In this document: positions 1-8,656 of the stretch, piece after piece
How positions within the stretch are numbered: the first letter of the stretch is position 1
Layout of the letters: every line of letters starts with the position of its first letter
Origin: Clostridia bacterium
Lineage (GTDB): Bacteria > Bacillota > Clostridia > Oscillospirales > CAG-272
Length of the DNA stretch: 64,000 nucleotides
Reading direction: 5' to 3'
Assembly: GCA_017502875.1 (NCBI GenBank)
Contig: JAFVUF010000012.1
Span: forward strand, 168,952 to 232,951
Notes under the pieces: generated by a model
Databases searched by the model: none
Told to the model about the DNA's origin: nothing
Seen by the model: only the letters and a program-made list of their open reading frames with translations
Made by a program: the position numbers and the translations under genes

Positions 1-98
1 GGAGGAGTTTTACGGAGAAATACGCGCTTTCTAAAGAAAGCTGAGCAAAGACTTTTGTATAACCCCACCTCCGCAAAAACGGAGGCGAGGTTATATAT
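1..98 (+). repeat. Family-B hairpin repeat B1, head-first on + strand (left edge may be cut by window start)
   Basis: GGAGAAATACGCGCTTTCTAAAGAAAGCTGAGCAAAGACTTTTGTATA, then 13-bp-stem hairpin (AACCCCACCTCCG / CGGAGGCGAGGTT), then TATATA; same layout as other B copies. Confidence 0.8.
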
Positions 99-188
99 TT
101 CCTTGTCAGTTTTTCAAACAACTCGAACTACTCAAAACACATCTATTTTCCAAAAAAATGTACTCAAAATTATATAGATAGTAAAACT

Positions 189-842
189 ATGAAAAAAATC
201 AACTACGGAAAGCTTCTTGAAGCTAAATTAAAGGAATTAAATGAAAAGGGCGAGCGTCCAAGACTGCTTTTGCACGCGTGTTGCGCCCCATGCTCAAGCT
301 ATGTGCTTGAATATCTGCATAAATATTTTGACATCACCCTGCTCTACTATAACCCGAACATCTCACCCGAAACCGAGTATTTCACTCGCGCCGAGGAGCT
401 TAAACGGCTTGCGGGTGCGATGAACGAGGCTTTTTCACTAAACGGGCAGCCTATAAAGGTCGAGATAGCTCCTTATGACCCTGCGCCCTATGAGGCGATA
501 GCTAAGGGCAGAGAAACGCTTGCCGAGGGCGGCGCGAGATGTATGGACTGCTACCGTCTCCGACTTGAATACGCCGCAAAAGCGGCAAAGGACGGCGGCT
601 ACGACTATTTCTGCACCACGCTCTCTATCAGTCCGCACAAGAACGCCGCGGCGCTCAACGCAATCGGCGGTGAGCTTTCAGAAAAATACGGCGTGCCGTA
701 CCTGTTTTCCGACTTCAAAAAGAACGGCGGCTATCTGCGCTCCTGCGAGCTTTCAAAGGAATACGGGTTATACCGCCAGAACTATTGCGGATGCCAGGCA
801 AGCGCCAGGCGAGCGCCTGGAGGCGAAAAGGCGACCGTTTAA
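189..842 (+). CDS. queH: Epoxyqueuosine reductase QueH (DUF208)
   Basis: 217-aa ORF; HACCAPCSSY and C-terminal YRQNYCGC motifs typical of QueH; last ~16 codons and the stop lie inside repeat A1. Confidence 0.8.
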   Translation: MKKINYGKLLEAKLKELNEKGERPRLLLHACCAPCSSYVLEYLHKYFDITLLYYNPNISPETEYFTRAEELKRLAGAMNEAFSLNGQPIKVEIAPYDPAPYEAIAKGRETLAEGGARCMDCYRLRLEYAAKAAKDGGYDYFCTTLSISPHKNAAALNAIGGELSEKYGVPYLFSDFKKNGGYLRSCELSKEYGLYRQNYCGCQASARRAPGGEKATV

Positions 843-1080
843 TCTGGCCGTTTCACGTCGAAGGTCGCTAAGTCGAGGTTCGCTAAGGTTTAAACAGAGT
901 TTGACAGTGTTCAGAAGTTTTTGCCAAGCTTTTTCTAAAAAGCTTGTGCTGTCAAGGGCGCGGAGCCCTTGTCGTCCGTCGCAACGGACGAAATACTCTA
1001 ACCGGCGTTTCTTTTTTGTTACTTTTTTCTTTGCGCCTACTTCTTGCAAAGAAAAAAGTCATTGTGCCGATAGGCGCAAG
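793..1080 (-). repeat. Family-A composite hairpin repeat A1 (reverse orientation relative to A2)
   Basis: Modules GCCAGGCGAGCGCCTGGAGGC, GCTAAGTCGAGGTTCGC, AGAAGTTTTTGCCAAGCTTTTTCTAAAAAGCTTG, GTCGTCCGTCGCAACGGACGA, CTTTGC..GCAAAG arm hairpin, GTGCCGATAGGCGCA; matches 3334-3670 module by module. Confidence 0.85.
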
Positions 1081-1138
1081 ATAAACATACATTCAAGTTC
1101 CATCAAGCCCAAAATCTAAAATTTAAAAAGGAATTAAG

Positions 1139-1972
1139 ATGTCAAAGGAATACAAAGGTCTTATTTTAGACGAAGAAAGAGCGCTTTACGGCGTTATGGG
1201 TGCGATCGTGTGCGACTGTCTGTTCGCCGGTGAGGCTGACGGCGAATCCGCCTTAAAGGAAACAAGCGGACTTAAAATCGAAAATTGTGAGTTTGGTCTG
1301 CGTTACCCGATGTGGCATATGAGCGACTCAACCGTTTCCGACTGTAAACTCACCGAAGCCTGCCGCGCGGCTCTCTGGTACTGCGATAATCTACATATCA
1401 AGAGCTCCCGTCTTGGCGGCATCAAGGCGTTACGTGAATGCAGTCGGGTAAGCGTTTCCGATAGCGAGGCTTTTTCAACGGAGCTTGACTGGTTCTGCAA
1501 GGATATCTCGATTACGGGTTGCGCTTTTGCGGGCGAATACCCCTTCTTAATGACCGTCGGACTGAAAATGAACAACTCAACCCTCAACGGAAAATACAGC
1601 TTTCAATACGTCGAAAACGCCGAGATAACAAATTGCGACCTCAACACAAAGGACGCCTTCTGGCACGCCAAAAACGTTACCGTAACGGACTGTACCGTAA
1701 GGGGCGAGTACCTCGGCTGGTACTCCGAGAACCTCACCTTTATCCGCTGCAAAATCATCGGCACTCAGCCGCTTTGCTACTGCAAGAACCTGACGCTTAT
1801 CGACTGCGAGATGATAGACTGCGACCTATCGTTTGAGAGAAGCTATGTCAAAGCAAGCGTTACGGGCGCGATTGAAAGCGTAAAAAACCCGATTTCGGGT
1901 GAGATAATCGCTGATAAAATCGGCGAAATCATACTTGATATTCCGAGCGAGTGCGAGATAAGGATAAGGTAA
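1139..1972 (+). CDS. DUF3737 family beta-helix repeat protein
   Basis: 277-aa ORF with RBS AAGGAA; N-terminal LILDEERALYG..LKETSGLKIENCEF..YPMWH pattern as in DUF3737 proteins. Confidence 0.6.
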   Translation: MSKEYKGLILDEERALYGVMGAIVCDCLFAGEADGESALKETSGLKIENCEFGLRYPMWHMSDSTVSDCKLTEACRAALWYCDNLHIKSSRLGGIKALRECSRVSVSDSEAFSTELDWFCKDISITGCAFAGEYPFLMTVGLKMNNSTLNGKYSFQYVENAEITNCDLNTKDAFWHAKNVTVTDCTVRGEYLGWYSENLTFIRCKIIGTQPLCYCKNLTLIDCEMIDCDLSFERSYVKASVTGAIESVKNPISGEIIADKIGEIILDIPSECEIRIR

Positions 1973-1980
1973 ACTATAAA

Positions 1981-2016
1981 GAGCCTATGCGGAAAACTCC
2001 GTATAGGCTCTTTTTT
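1981..2016. terminator. Intrinsic terminator between convergent genes
   Basis: GAGCCTATGCGGAAAACTCCGTATAGGCTC stem-loop followed by TTTTTT. Confidence 0.7.
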
Positions 2017-2036
2017 ATTTTAGCTTATGATAAGTC

Positions 2037-2279
2037 TTACTCCATTCCTAAAAGATACTCTGGTGACACATTTAAAACTTTACTAAGCGCCAAAAGCTCG
2101 TAATCCGCGACAAAGCGCGTGCCTATTTCAATTCTGCTCACACTGTCCCGTTCTATTATTACTCCCTCTATCTGCAATTTTGCCGCAAGATTATCCTGAG
2201 AAAGCTTAAGCTTTTTACGCGCTTCCTTTACCCTACCGCCACAAATATTCTTGCTCCCATTAAAATCGTAAATCTTCAT
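2037..2279 (-). CDS. XRE-family HTH transcriptional regulator (80 aa)
   Basis: HTH_3-like LKLSQDNLAAKLQIEGVIIERDSVSRIEIG; RBS GGAGGAA. Confidence 0.75.
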   Translation of the reverse strand: MKIYDFNGSKNICGGRVKEARKKLKLSQDNLAAKLQIEGVIIERDSVSRIEIGTRFVADYELLALSKVLNVSPEYLLGME

Positions 2280-2316
2280 AATTCCTCCACTTTTTGTGTT
2301 AATATTAAGAATTCAC

Positions 2317-2345
2317 TTGACTTTAACATATTTTTGGTCTATAAT
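2317..2345 (+). promoter_or_regulatory. Sigma-A-type promoter for the AbrB-like gene
   Basis: TTGACT, 17-nt spacer, TATAAT. Confidence 0.55.
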
Positions 2346-2399
2346 TGTGTTAAAGATAAGAATACTTGTAATTATTATTAATTTTTCAGGAGAAATTTT

Positions 2400-2600
2400 A
2401 TGAATGAAATTGGAGTTTTAAAGGAAATCGACAAAGTGGGCAGAATTGTCATACCAAAAGAGCTTAGAGAACGATATGCATTTAATGATGAAATAGAGAT
2501 AATCGCAACAAGCGAAGGAGTTCTTATAAAGAATCCTGAATATTTCTTAACAAAAATAGAGGAAATTAAGGAATCACCTCTGGGAAAAACCCAAGAATAG
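2400..2600 (+). CDS. AbrB/MazE/SpoVT-family DNA-binding protein (66 aa)
   Basis: SpoVT-AbrB swapped-hairpin motif KVGRIVIPKELRERY; RBS AGGAGA. Confidence 0.7.
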   Translation: MNEIGVLKEIDKVGRIVIPKELRERYAFNDEIEIIATSEGVLIKNPEYFLTKIEEIKESPLGKTQE

Positions 2601-2613
2601 TATTATACAAAAA

Positions 2614-2651
2614 GGAGCTGAGCCACAATAAATGGACTAAGCTCCTTTTTT
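2614..2651 (+). terminator. Intrinsic terminator
   Basis: GGAGCTGAGCC..GGACTAAGCTCC imperfect stem followed by TTTTTT. Confidence 0.55.
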
Positions 2652-2656
2652 CGGGA

Positions 2657-2750
2657 GGTGCGTATTTCTCTTTTCGTGAAGCGCGTATTTCTCTTTTCGT
2701 GAAGCGCGTATTTCTCTTTTCGTGAAGCGTGTATCTCTCTTATTTCACAA
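2657..2750 (-). repeat. Four tandem 23-nt units, each a family-B head fragment (copy B2)
   Basis: GCGCGTATTTCTCTTTTCGTGAA x4 (last unit degenerate); reverse complement GAGAAATACGCGC equals the B head; array ends flush with the ppiB stop codon at 2740. Confidence 0.85.
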
Positions 2751-3243
2751 AATAAACGCTCTTCATTTTCTGCTCCTCGTAGGGCTTATCGCGGAAATCG
2801 GTCTTAACGGCGGCAATCTTGTCAACCGTCTCGATTCCCTCGACAACCGCGCCGAAGCCCGCGTACTGTCCGTCAAGGAATGTAGCGTCGGCGTGGCAGA
2901 TAAAGAACTGACTCGAAGCGCTGTCGGGAATCTGTGTACGCGCCATCGAAATCACACCTCTCTTGTGAGAAAGTGTGTTATTTACGCCGTTTATCTTAAA
3001 CTCACCCTTAATGGTCTTTTTAGAGCCGCCCATTCCCGTTCCCGTCGGGTCGCCGCCCTGAATCATAAAGCCCGCGATAACACGGTGAAAGATTATACCG
3101 TCGTAATAGCTCTCGGAAACGAGCCTTTTGAAGTTTTCAACGGTTATGGGTGCGATGTCGGGGTAAAGCTCAACGACAATTTTGTCGCCGCTTTCCATTT
3201 CTATCGCAACGAAATTCGTTACCTCATCGGTTCTTGTAAACAT
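2740..3243 (-). CDS. ppiB: Cyclophilin-type peptidyl-prolyl cis-trans isomerase
   Basis: 167-aa ORF; FHRVIAGFMIQGGDPTGTG cyclophilin signature. Confidence 0.9.
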   Translation of the reverse strand: MFTRTDEVTNFVAIEMESGDKIVVELYPDIAPITVENFKRLVSESYYDGIIFHRVIAGFMIQGGDPTGTGMGGSKKTIKGEFKINGVNNTLSHKRGVISMARTQIPDSASSQFFICHADATFLDGQYAGFGAVVEGIETVDKIAAVKTDFRDKPYEEQKMKSVYFVK

Positions 3244-3333
3244 TTGATTTTTCTCCTTCTTGGGATTAATTTTGCTATATTATACCACAGTTTTTCGGTT
3301 TTGTAAACCCTTATTTAATCTCGAATTTCGGTT

Positions 3334-3670
3334 GTGCCGATTGGCGCAATGACTTTTTCTTTGGGAAGAAGCAGAGCCCAAAGAAAAAGTAACAAAAAGA
3401 AAGGCTCGTTTGGGATATTTCGCTCTCTGCGGAGAGCGAGGAGGGCTACTCGCCCGTCCACCTCGCAAGCTTTTTGAAAAAAGCTTGGCAAAAACTTCTA
3501 AATACTATGAACTTCTGTTTAAGTCTTAGCGTAGCGAAGCGAACCTCGACTTAGCGACCTTCGACGTGAAACGCCCAGATTAGACGGTCGCCTTTTTGCC
3601 TCCAGGCGCTTGCCTGGCGCCGCCATTTGCCCACGGGGGGCGTCCCCGGTCGCCGCAGGTCGTTACCTGC
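3334..3670 (+). repeat. Family-A composite hairpin repeat A2 (near full length, reference copy)
   Basis: GTGCCGATTGGCGCA; GACTTTTTCTTTGGG..CCCAAAGAAAAAGT; CGCTCTCTGCGGAGAGCG; CAAGCTTTTTGAAAAAAGCTTGGCAAAAACTTCT; GCGAACCTCGACTTAGCG; CCAGGCGCTTGCCTGG; GCCGCAGGTCGTTACCTGC abutting the stop at 3671. Confidence 0.9.
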
Positions 3671-5662
3671 TTAGTCAAGCTCACGGACACCTGTGTAAAG
3701 CTCGTAGTATCTGCCCTTCATTTCAAGCAGCTGCTCGTGAGTGCCGCGCTCAATTATCTCACCCTTTTCAAGCACCATTATAGCGTCGGAATTGCGGACA
3801 GTGGAAAGCCTGTGCGCTATAACAAAGGTCGTCCTGCTCTTCATCAGTCTGTCCATTCCGTGCTCGATATGGCGCTCTGTTCTCGTGTCAACCGAGCTTG
3901 TCGCCTCGTCAAGAACAAGTATAGGCGCCTTAGAGAGCGCCGCGCGGGCAATGTTGATAAGCTGCCTCTGACCCTGCGAAAGATTCGCTCCGTCGCCCTC
4001 AAGCAGAGTATTGTATCCGTTTTCCAGCCTCATAATAAAGCTGTGCGCCGATGCGGTCTTTGCGGCGGCAACAACCTCGTCATCAGTCGCGTCAAGGCGT
4101 CCGTAACGAATGTTCTCCATCACCGTTCCCGTGAAAAGATGCGTGTCCTGAAGCACCATCGCTATATTTGAACGAAGCGTTTCGCGCTTAATATCGTAAA
4201 GGTCTATACCGTCTATTGTTATTTTACCCGAATCAATATCGTAAAAACGGGAAAGAAGATTAGTAACCGTCGTCTTGCCCGCGCCCGTAGAGCCAACGAA
4301 GGCTATTTTCTGACCGGGGTGAGCGTAAAGCGAAATGTTCTTTAAGATAACCTTATCAGGCTCATAGCCGAAGGTAACATTCTCAAACACAACGTCGCCG
4401 ATAAGCGCGGTAGCCTCAGCCGCATCCTCTTTGTCAGGAGTTTCTGGCAGCTCATCCATTACCGCAAAAACCCTTTCAGCGCCGGCAAGCGCCGAGAAAA
4501 TAGATGCGGTCTGCTGAGAAATGTTGTTTATCGGCATAGAAAACTGCTTTGAATACTGCGCGAAAAGCTGAAGCGCTCCTGGGTCAAGTCTGCCAAGCAC
4601 CATCAGTATACCGCCTACTCCTATCGTTACGGAATAGCTTATCATACTCGTATTGTGCATTATAGGTCCCATAATGCCGCCGAAGAACTGCGCCTTCATC
4701 TGCTTTCCACGCAGGTCCTCGTTAAGCGTTTCGAACTCCTCGCAGCACTCTCCCTCGTGATTAAAGACCTTAACCACCTTTTGTCCCGTAACGGTCTCCT
4801 CAATGTAGCCGTTAGCCGCGCCGAGCGCCGCCTGCTGTCCCGAATAGTACTTTCTTGACGCCTTTGCTATCTTAGCGCCGCCTATCGCGAAGAACGGAAC
4901 GAAAACTACGGTTATCAGAGTCAGCCAGATATTAGTGGTTATCATAAAAACAAGCGTACCGACAAGCGAGATAACGCCCGAAACAATAGACGTAAGCGAG
5001 TTGTTGAACATAACGTCAATGTTGTCGATGTCGTTTGTAAAACGGCTCATCACCTCACCCGTCGGGTGAGTATCAAAGTAGCGCACAGGGAGTCTTTGAA
5101 GCCTTGTAAAGAGGTCGTTTCTTATTTTCTCTATGGCGTTTTGGGAAATCGTCATCATTACGCGCGCCTGCATATAGTTAGTTATTATACCGAAAAGGTA
5201 GATAAAGACAAGTATCATTATAGTCGCGAGAATGTAGAACATTACCGATGCCGCAACGTCATTGTAGCCGTCGCCGACTATACCCGCGATAAATCCCGTC
5301 GCGCCGTTCTTTACATTTTCTATAAGACCGTCGAGCGCTCTGTAAATAGGAGTGTCAAGGCTTTCGACGTTTCCTACCTCGCCCACGTACGCCCAGAGTC
5401 TGTTGATAATAGGTCTGGTCATATAACCGCCGATAAGCGACATCACCGTGTTGAGAATCATAAAGAAGAACACTACGAAAAGAAGCGCCTTGTATTTTCC
5501 GACGTAGGAAAGAAGTCTCGCTACCGTCTTTTTGGCGTTTTTAGGCTTGCCGCCCATTCCCATCTGACCTCTGCCCGAAGGGCCTCCTCTGCCGGACTTG
5601 GGAGAGTCGGGTCTTGCTGAGCTATGATACTGCTTTTGCAGCTCCTGTAAGCTTCTTGCCAT
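3671..5662 (-). CDS. ABC transporter ATP-binding/permease (multidrug-exporter type, half of heterodimer)
   Basis: Walker A GSTGAGKTT, signature LSQGQRQ, Walker B ILVLDEATS; start moved to MARSLQ (ATG 5662), 1 nt after upstream stop. Confidence 0.85.
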   Translation of the reverse strand: MARSLQELQKQYHSSARPDSPKSGRGGPSGRGQMGMGGKPKNAKKTVARLLSYVGKYKALLFVVFFFMILNTVMSLIGGYMTRPIINRLWAYVGEVGNVESLDTPIYRALDGLIENVKNGATGFIAGIVGDGYNDVAASVMFYILATIMILVFIYLFGIITNYMQARVMMTISQNAIEKIRNDLFTRLQRLPVRYFDTHPTGEVMSRFTNDIDNIDVMFNNSLTSIVSGVISLVGTLVFMITTNIWLTLITVVFVPFFAIGGAKIAKASRKYYSGQQAALGAANGYIEETVTGQKVVKVFNHEGECCEEFETLNEDLRGKQMKAQFFGGIMGPIMHNTSMISYSVTIGVGGILMVLGRLDPGALQLFAQYSKQFSMPINNISQQTASIFSALAGAERVFAVMDELPETPDKEDAAEATALIGDVVFENVTFGYEPDKVILKNISLYAHPGQKIAFVGSTGAGKTTVTNLLSRFYDIDSGKITIDGIDLYDIKRETLRSNIAMVLQDTHLFTGTVMENIRYGRLDATDDEVVAAAKTASAHSFIMRLENGYNTLLEGDGANLSQGQRQLINIARAALSKAPILVLDEATSSVDTRTERHIEHGMDRLMKSRTTFVIAHRLSTVRNSDAIMVLEKGEIIERGTHEQLLEMKGRYYELYTGVRELD

Positions 5663-5663
5663 A

Positions 5664-7418
5664 TTAAGCGCCCTCCTTTCCCGAAATCTGAGAGGTATAT
5701 ATCTCCTGATACTCAACGTTGCTCTGCATAAGAGAGTCGTGAGTGCCTGTACCGGTTATTTTTCCGTCGTCCATAACGACTATCATATCCGCGTCCTTAA
5801 CCGAGGAAATCCTCTGCGCTATAATTATTTTGGTGGAATTTGCAAGCTCCTCGCGGAAGGCGCGGCGAATCTGAGCCTCGGTTGCCGTATCAACGGCGCT
5901 GGTGCTGTCGTCAAGAATGATTATCTTAGGCTTTTTGAGCAGGGCGCGAGCGATACAAAGCCTCTGCTTCTGACCGCCCGAAACGTTTACTCCGCCCTGA
6001 CCGAGCACGGTCTGATATCCGCCCGTGAAGTTTCGGACGAACTTATCCGCCTGAGCGCTCTCGGCGGCGGCGAAAAGCTCCTCGTCGGTAGCGTTTTCAT
6101 CGCCCCAACGGAGATTTTCCTCAATAGTGCCGGAGAAAAGAACGTTCTTCTGAAGCACCATACCAACGCCCTCTCGGAGATTAAAAAGCGTGTACTCCTT
6201 TACGTCCTTGCCGTCGATAAGCACCTGACCCTCGTCGGTGTCGTAAAGACGCGGGATAAGCGAGACGAGAGTGGTCTTGCCGCAGCCCGTAGAGCCGATT
6301 ATACCAACCGTAGAGCCGGGCTGTATAGTAAGATTTATATTGTCAAGCACAGGCTCGGCGCTGTTTTTGTAGTATCTGTACGTAACGTTACGGAACTCTA
6401 TAAGCCCATTTGTAACAGTGTTATTTACGTCAGCCATCTCGCTATCCTTTATGTCGATATCCTCGGTAATAACCGCCGAAATTCTCTTTGCGGACGCAAA
6501 CGCGCGCGAGGAAAACATAAGCATCATAGTAACCATCATAAGCGAGAACAGTATCTGCGTAACGTAGTTGATAAACGCCGAAAGCTCGCCTACGCTAAAG
6601 CCCTTTATGCCCGCGTCGAAATTGTTTATAACGAGCTGGCTTCCGAACCAGATGACAAGTCCCGTAGCGATATACATAAACAGCGTCTGTACCGGCTGCA
6701 TAAATATCATATTTTTCATTGCGGACATACCCGCTTCCTTTAGCTCCCCGTTGGCTTTGGCGAACTTCTTCGTTTCATAGCCCTCACGTGTAAAGGATTT
6801 AACAACACGCACGTTGGTGATGTTCTCCTGAACGGTAGAGTTGAGGTTATCAACCTTAGTCTGCATTTTTGAAAATCTCGGCAGACCGCGCACGATGATA
6901 AACGTAATAGCGAGTATCATAAGCGGCATAGTAATCGCGAAAACGAGCGAAAGCGAGCGACTGAGACGAACCGCCATAATAACTCCGCCAATAAGCATAC
7001 CGGGGGCACGCAGCATCATACGCAGCACCATATTGATGAAGTTCTGCATCTGCGTAACGTCGTTTGTAAGGCGTGTAACGAGCGAGCCGGTTGAAAATCT
7101 GTCGATGTTGGCAAAGCTATAGCCCTGAACCTTGCGGAAAAGGTCGGCGCGCAGGTCTGCGGCGAAGTTTACCGACGCCTTGGCTCCAAAATATGAGCCG
7201 CCAACACCGCCTATCATCATAAAAATAGCGGTCCCAATCATTTTAAGCATCACAAGCAAGCTGCCCTGTGTCGTGAGTGTACCCTCAACAGCGCCCGTTA
7301 TTACCTCGGCAAGGTATAAAGGCATAAGCACCTCACCCAGAACCTCAACTATCATACACAGAGGTCCTAAGATAAAGTAAAGCGTATAGGGCTTAATGTA
7401 TTTTACCCAGGTTTTCAT
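5664..7418 (-). CDS. ABC transporter ATP-binding/permease (partner subunit)
   Basis: Walker A GSTGCGKTT, signature VSGGQKQR, Walker B IIILDDSTS; N-terminal TM domain. Confidence 0.85.
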   Translation of the reverse strand: MKTWVKYIKPYTLYFILGPLCMIVEVLGEVLMPLYLAEVITGAVEGTLTTQGSLLVMLKMIGTAIFMMIGGVGGSYFGAKASVNFAADLRADLFRKVQGYSFANIDRFSTGSLVTRLTNDVTQMQNFINMVLRMMLRAPGMLIGGVIMAVRLSRSLSLVFAITMPLMILAITFIIVRGLPRFSKMQTKVDNLNSTVQENITNVRVVKSFTREGYETKKFAKANGELKEAGMSAMKNMIFMQPVQTLFMYIATGLVIWFGSQLVINNFDAGIKGFSVGELSAFINYVTQILFSLMMVTMMLMFSSRAFASAKRISAVITEDIDIKDSEMADVNNTVTNGLIEFRNVTYRYYKNSAEPVLDNINLTIQPGSTVGIIGSTGCGKTTLVSLIPRLYDTDEGQVLIDGKDVKEYTLFNLREGVGMVLQKNVLFSGTIEENLRWGDENATDEELFAAAESAQADKFVRNFTGGYQTVLGQGGVNVSGGQKQRLCIARALLKKPKIIILDDSTSAVDTATEAQIRRAFREELANSTKIIIAQRISSVKDADMIVVMDDGKITGTGTHDSLMQSNVEYQEIYTSQISGKEGA

Positions 7419-7458
7419 TGTGTTGTATCTGTCCTTTCAAAAATGTGCTGGAATAAAG

Positions 7459-7929
7459 TTATTTTTTAAAGTACGGGGGTGTTTCGTCCTCCGCGCCAAG
7501 CATAAGAAGATTTGAAACAAACTTGTCAAGAACAGCGTCAAACGTCTCAAACTCACTCTCAGTTACACCCTCAATCATCGCTCGGTCGGTTTTTTCCATA
7601 AGCAGCTTGTTGCACTCCATTATCTCCCTACCCTTTTCGCTGATAGCGATGAGGTTGACACGGCTGTCATCAGGCGAGGTTATCCTTTCGATAAGACCCT
7701 TCTGCTCCATTTTTTTGAGCGACATGGCGATAGCCGCGGGCGTTATTTCAAACGCCGCCGCAAGCTCCTTCTGAGAGGGCGGAGTGGTTGCCTTCATTAA
7801 ATATATAAGGATATGGTGCTGGCTTCTGTGAATACCTGCGTCGCGGGTGGTTTTTTCGACGTAGGTTCTGTGAAGACGGTTAGCGCGAATCATTTTGCCG
7901 ATTAGCTTTCTTGCTTCGGTTGCGTCCAT
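7459..7929 (-). CDS. MarR-family transcriptional regulator
   Basis: 156-aa ORF, winged-helix MarR pattern (PPSQKELAAAFEITPAAIAMSLKKMEQKGLIER); heads the ABC pair operon. Confidence 0.8.
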   Translation of the reverse strand: MDATEARKLIGKMIRANRLHRTYVEKTTRDAGIHRSQHHILIYLMKATTPPSQKELAAAFEITPAAIAMSLKKMEQKGLIERITSPDDSRVNLIAISEKGREIMECNKLLMEKTDRAMIEGVTESEFETFDAVLDKFVSNLLMLGAEDETPPYFKK

Positions 7930-8077
7930 TTTAAGTACCTTCCTTTTATTTTGTTAAGCAGTTAACAGTTCACCGCTTAACAGTATACTACTTAACCTTT
8001 TAAAAATCAACAGTTAAGTTGTTAACTTTTCGAGTGAGTTCACAGCAATCAAAAGTTTCGTCAACCTTTTGATAAAA

Positions 8078-8310
8078 TCGAGCGCCGCTAAGTCGAGGTT
8101 CGCTACGCTACGCTAAGACTTAAACAGAAGTTCATAGTATTTAGAAGTTTTTGCCAAGCTTTTTTCAAAAAGCTTGCGCCGTCAAGACCGCGTAGGTCTT
8201 GTCGTCCGTCGCAACGGACGAAATACTCTTATCGACCTTTTCTTTTTGTTACTTTTTCTTTGGGGTCTGCTTCTGACCAAAGAAAAAGTTATCGCTCCGC
8301 AGGCGCGACC
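8078..8310 (-). repeat. Family-A repeat A3 (left inverted repeat of the 8349-8890 cassette)
   Basis: GCTAAGTCGAGGTTCGC..AGAAGTTTTTGCCAAGCTTTTTTCAAAAAGCTTG..GTCGTCCGTCGCAACGGACGA..CTTTGGGGTCTGCTTCTGACCAAAG..ATCGCTCCGCAGGCGCGACC. Confidence 0.85.
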
Positions 8311-8347
8311 AAAACAAAAACAGCAAGCACTGAAAAATCGCCTGCTG
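8311..8347 (-). terminator. Intrinsic terminator of the 68-aa gene
   Basis: On minus strand CAGCAGGCGATTTTTCAGTGCTTGCTG stem-loop followed by TTTTTGTTTT. Confidence 0.6.
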
Positions 8348-8348
8348 C

Positions 8349-8555
8349 TCACGTGTTGATTTTCTCCGCCCTCTCCAAAACAAGAGCCTTGACCTTTTCA
8401 TCGTCATACCCCTTTTCATACAGCTCTTGGATAAAATTGATTCCGACCTTTTCTGTTTCGGCAGGACTTAATCCAAATAAACCAACTCTCCTTATGGCGC
8501 TCTCCCCCATTTCGCGTATCTCTCGGTTTAATCTTTGAGCCTCTGATTTTTCCAT
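8349..8555 (-). CDS. Hypothetical small protein (68 aa)
   Basis: ORF trimmed to MEKSEAQ (ATG 8555) preceded by RBS AGAGGTG; no family recognised. Confidence 0.5.
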   Translation of the reverse strand: MEKSEAQRLNREIREMGESAIRRVGLFGLSPAETEKVGINFIQELYEKGYDDEKVKALVLERAEKINT

Positions 8556-8656
8556 TTCTACACCTCTGTAATATCTTACTGATAATATCTTAGAAATTAC
8601 ATATTTATTATAACTCGTGTATACTATAATTGTCAATACGTATTTGGAGAATAAAT

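Noticed and set aside
3280-3468. Recurrent small ORFs encoding MRGGRASSPPRSPQRAK..FLFVTFSLGS.. (also at 8791-9033, 59805-60086, 28642-28962 and 18909-19151).
   Set aside because: They are translations of family-A repeat modules. Their recurrence reflects DNA repeat identity. The frames are broken differently in each copy and no RBS is present.
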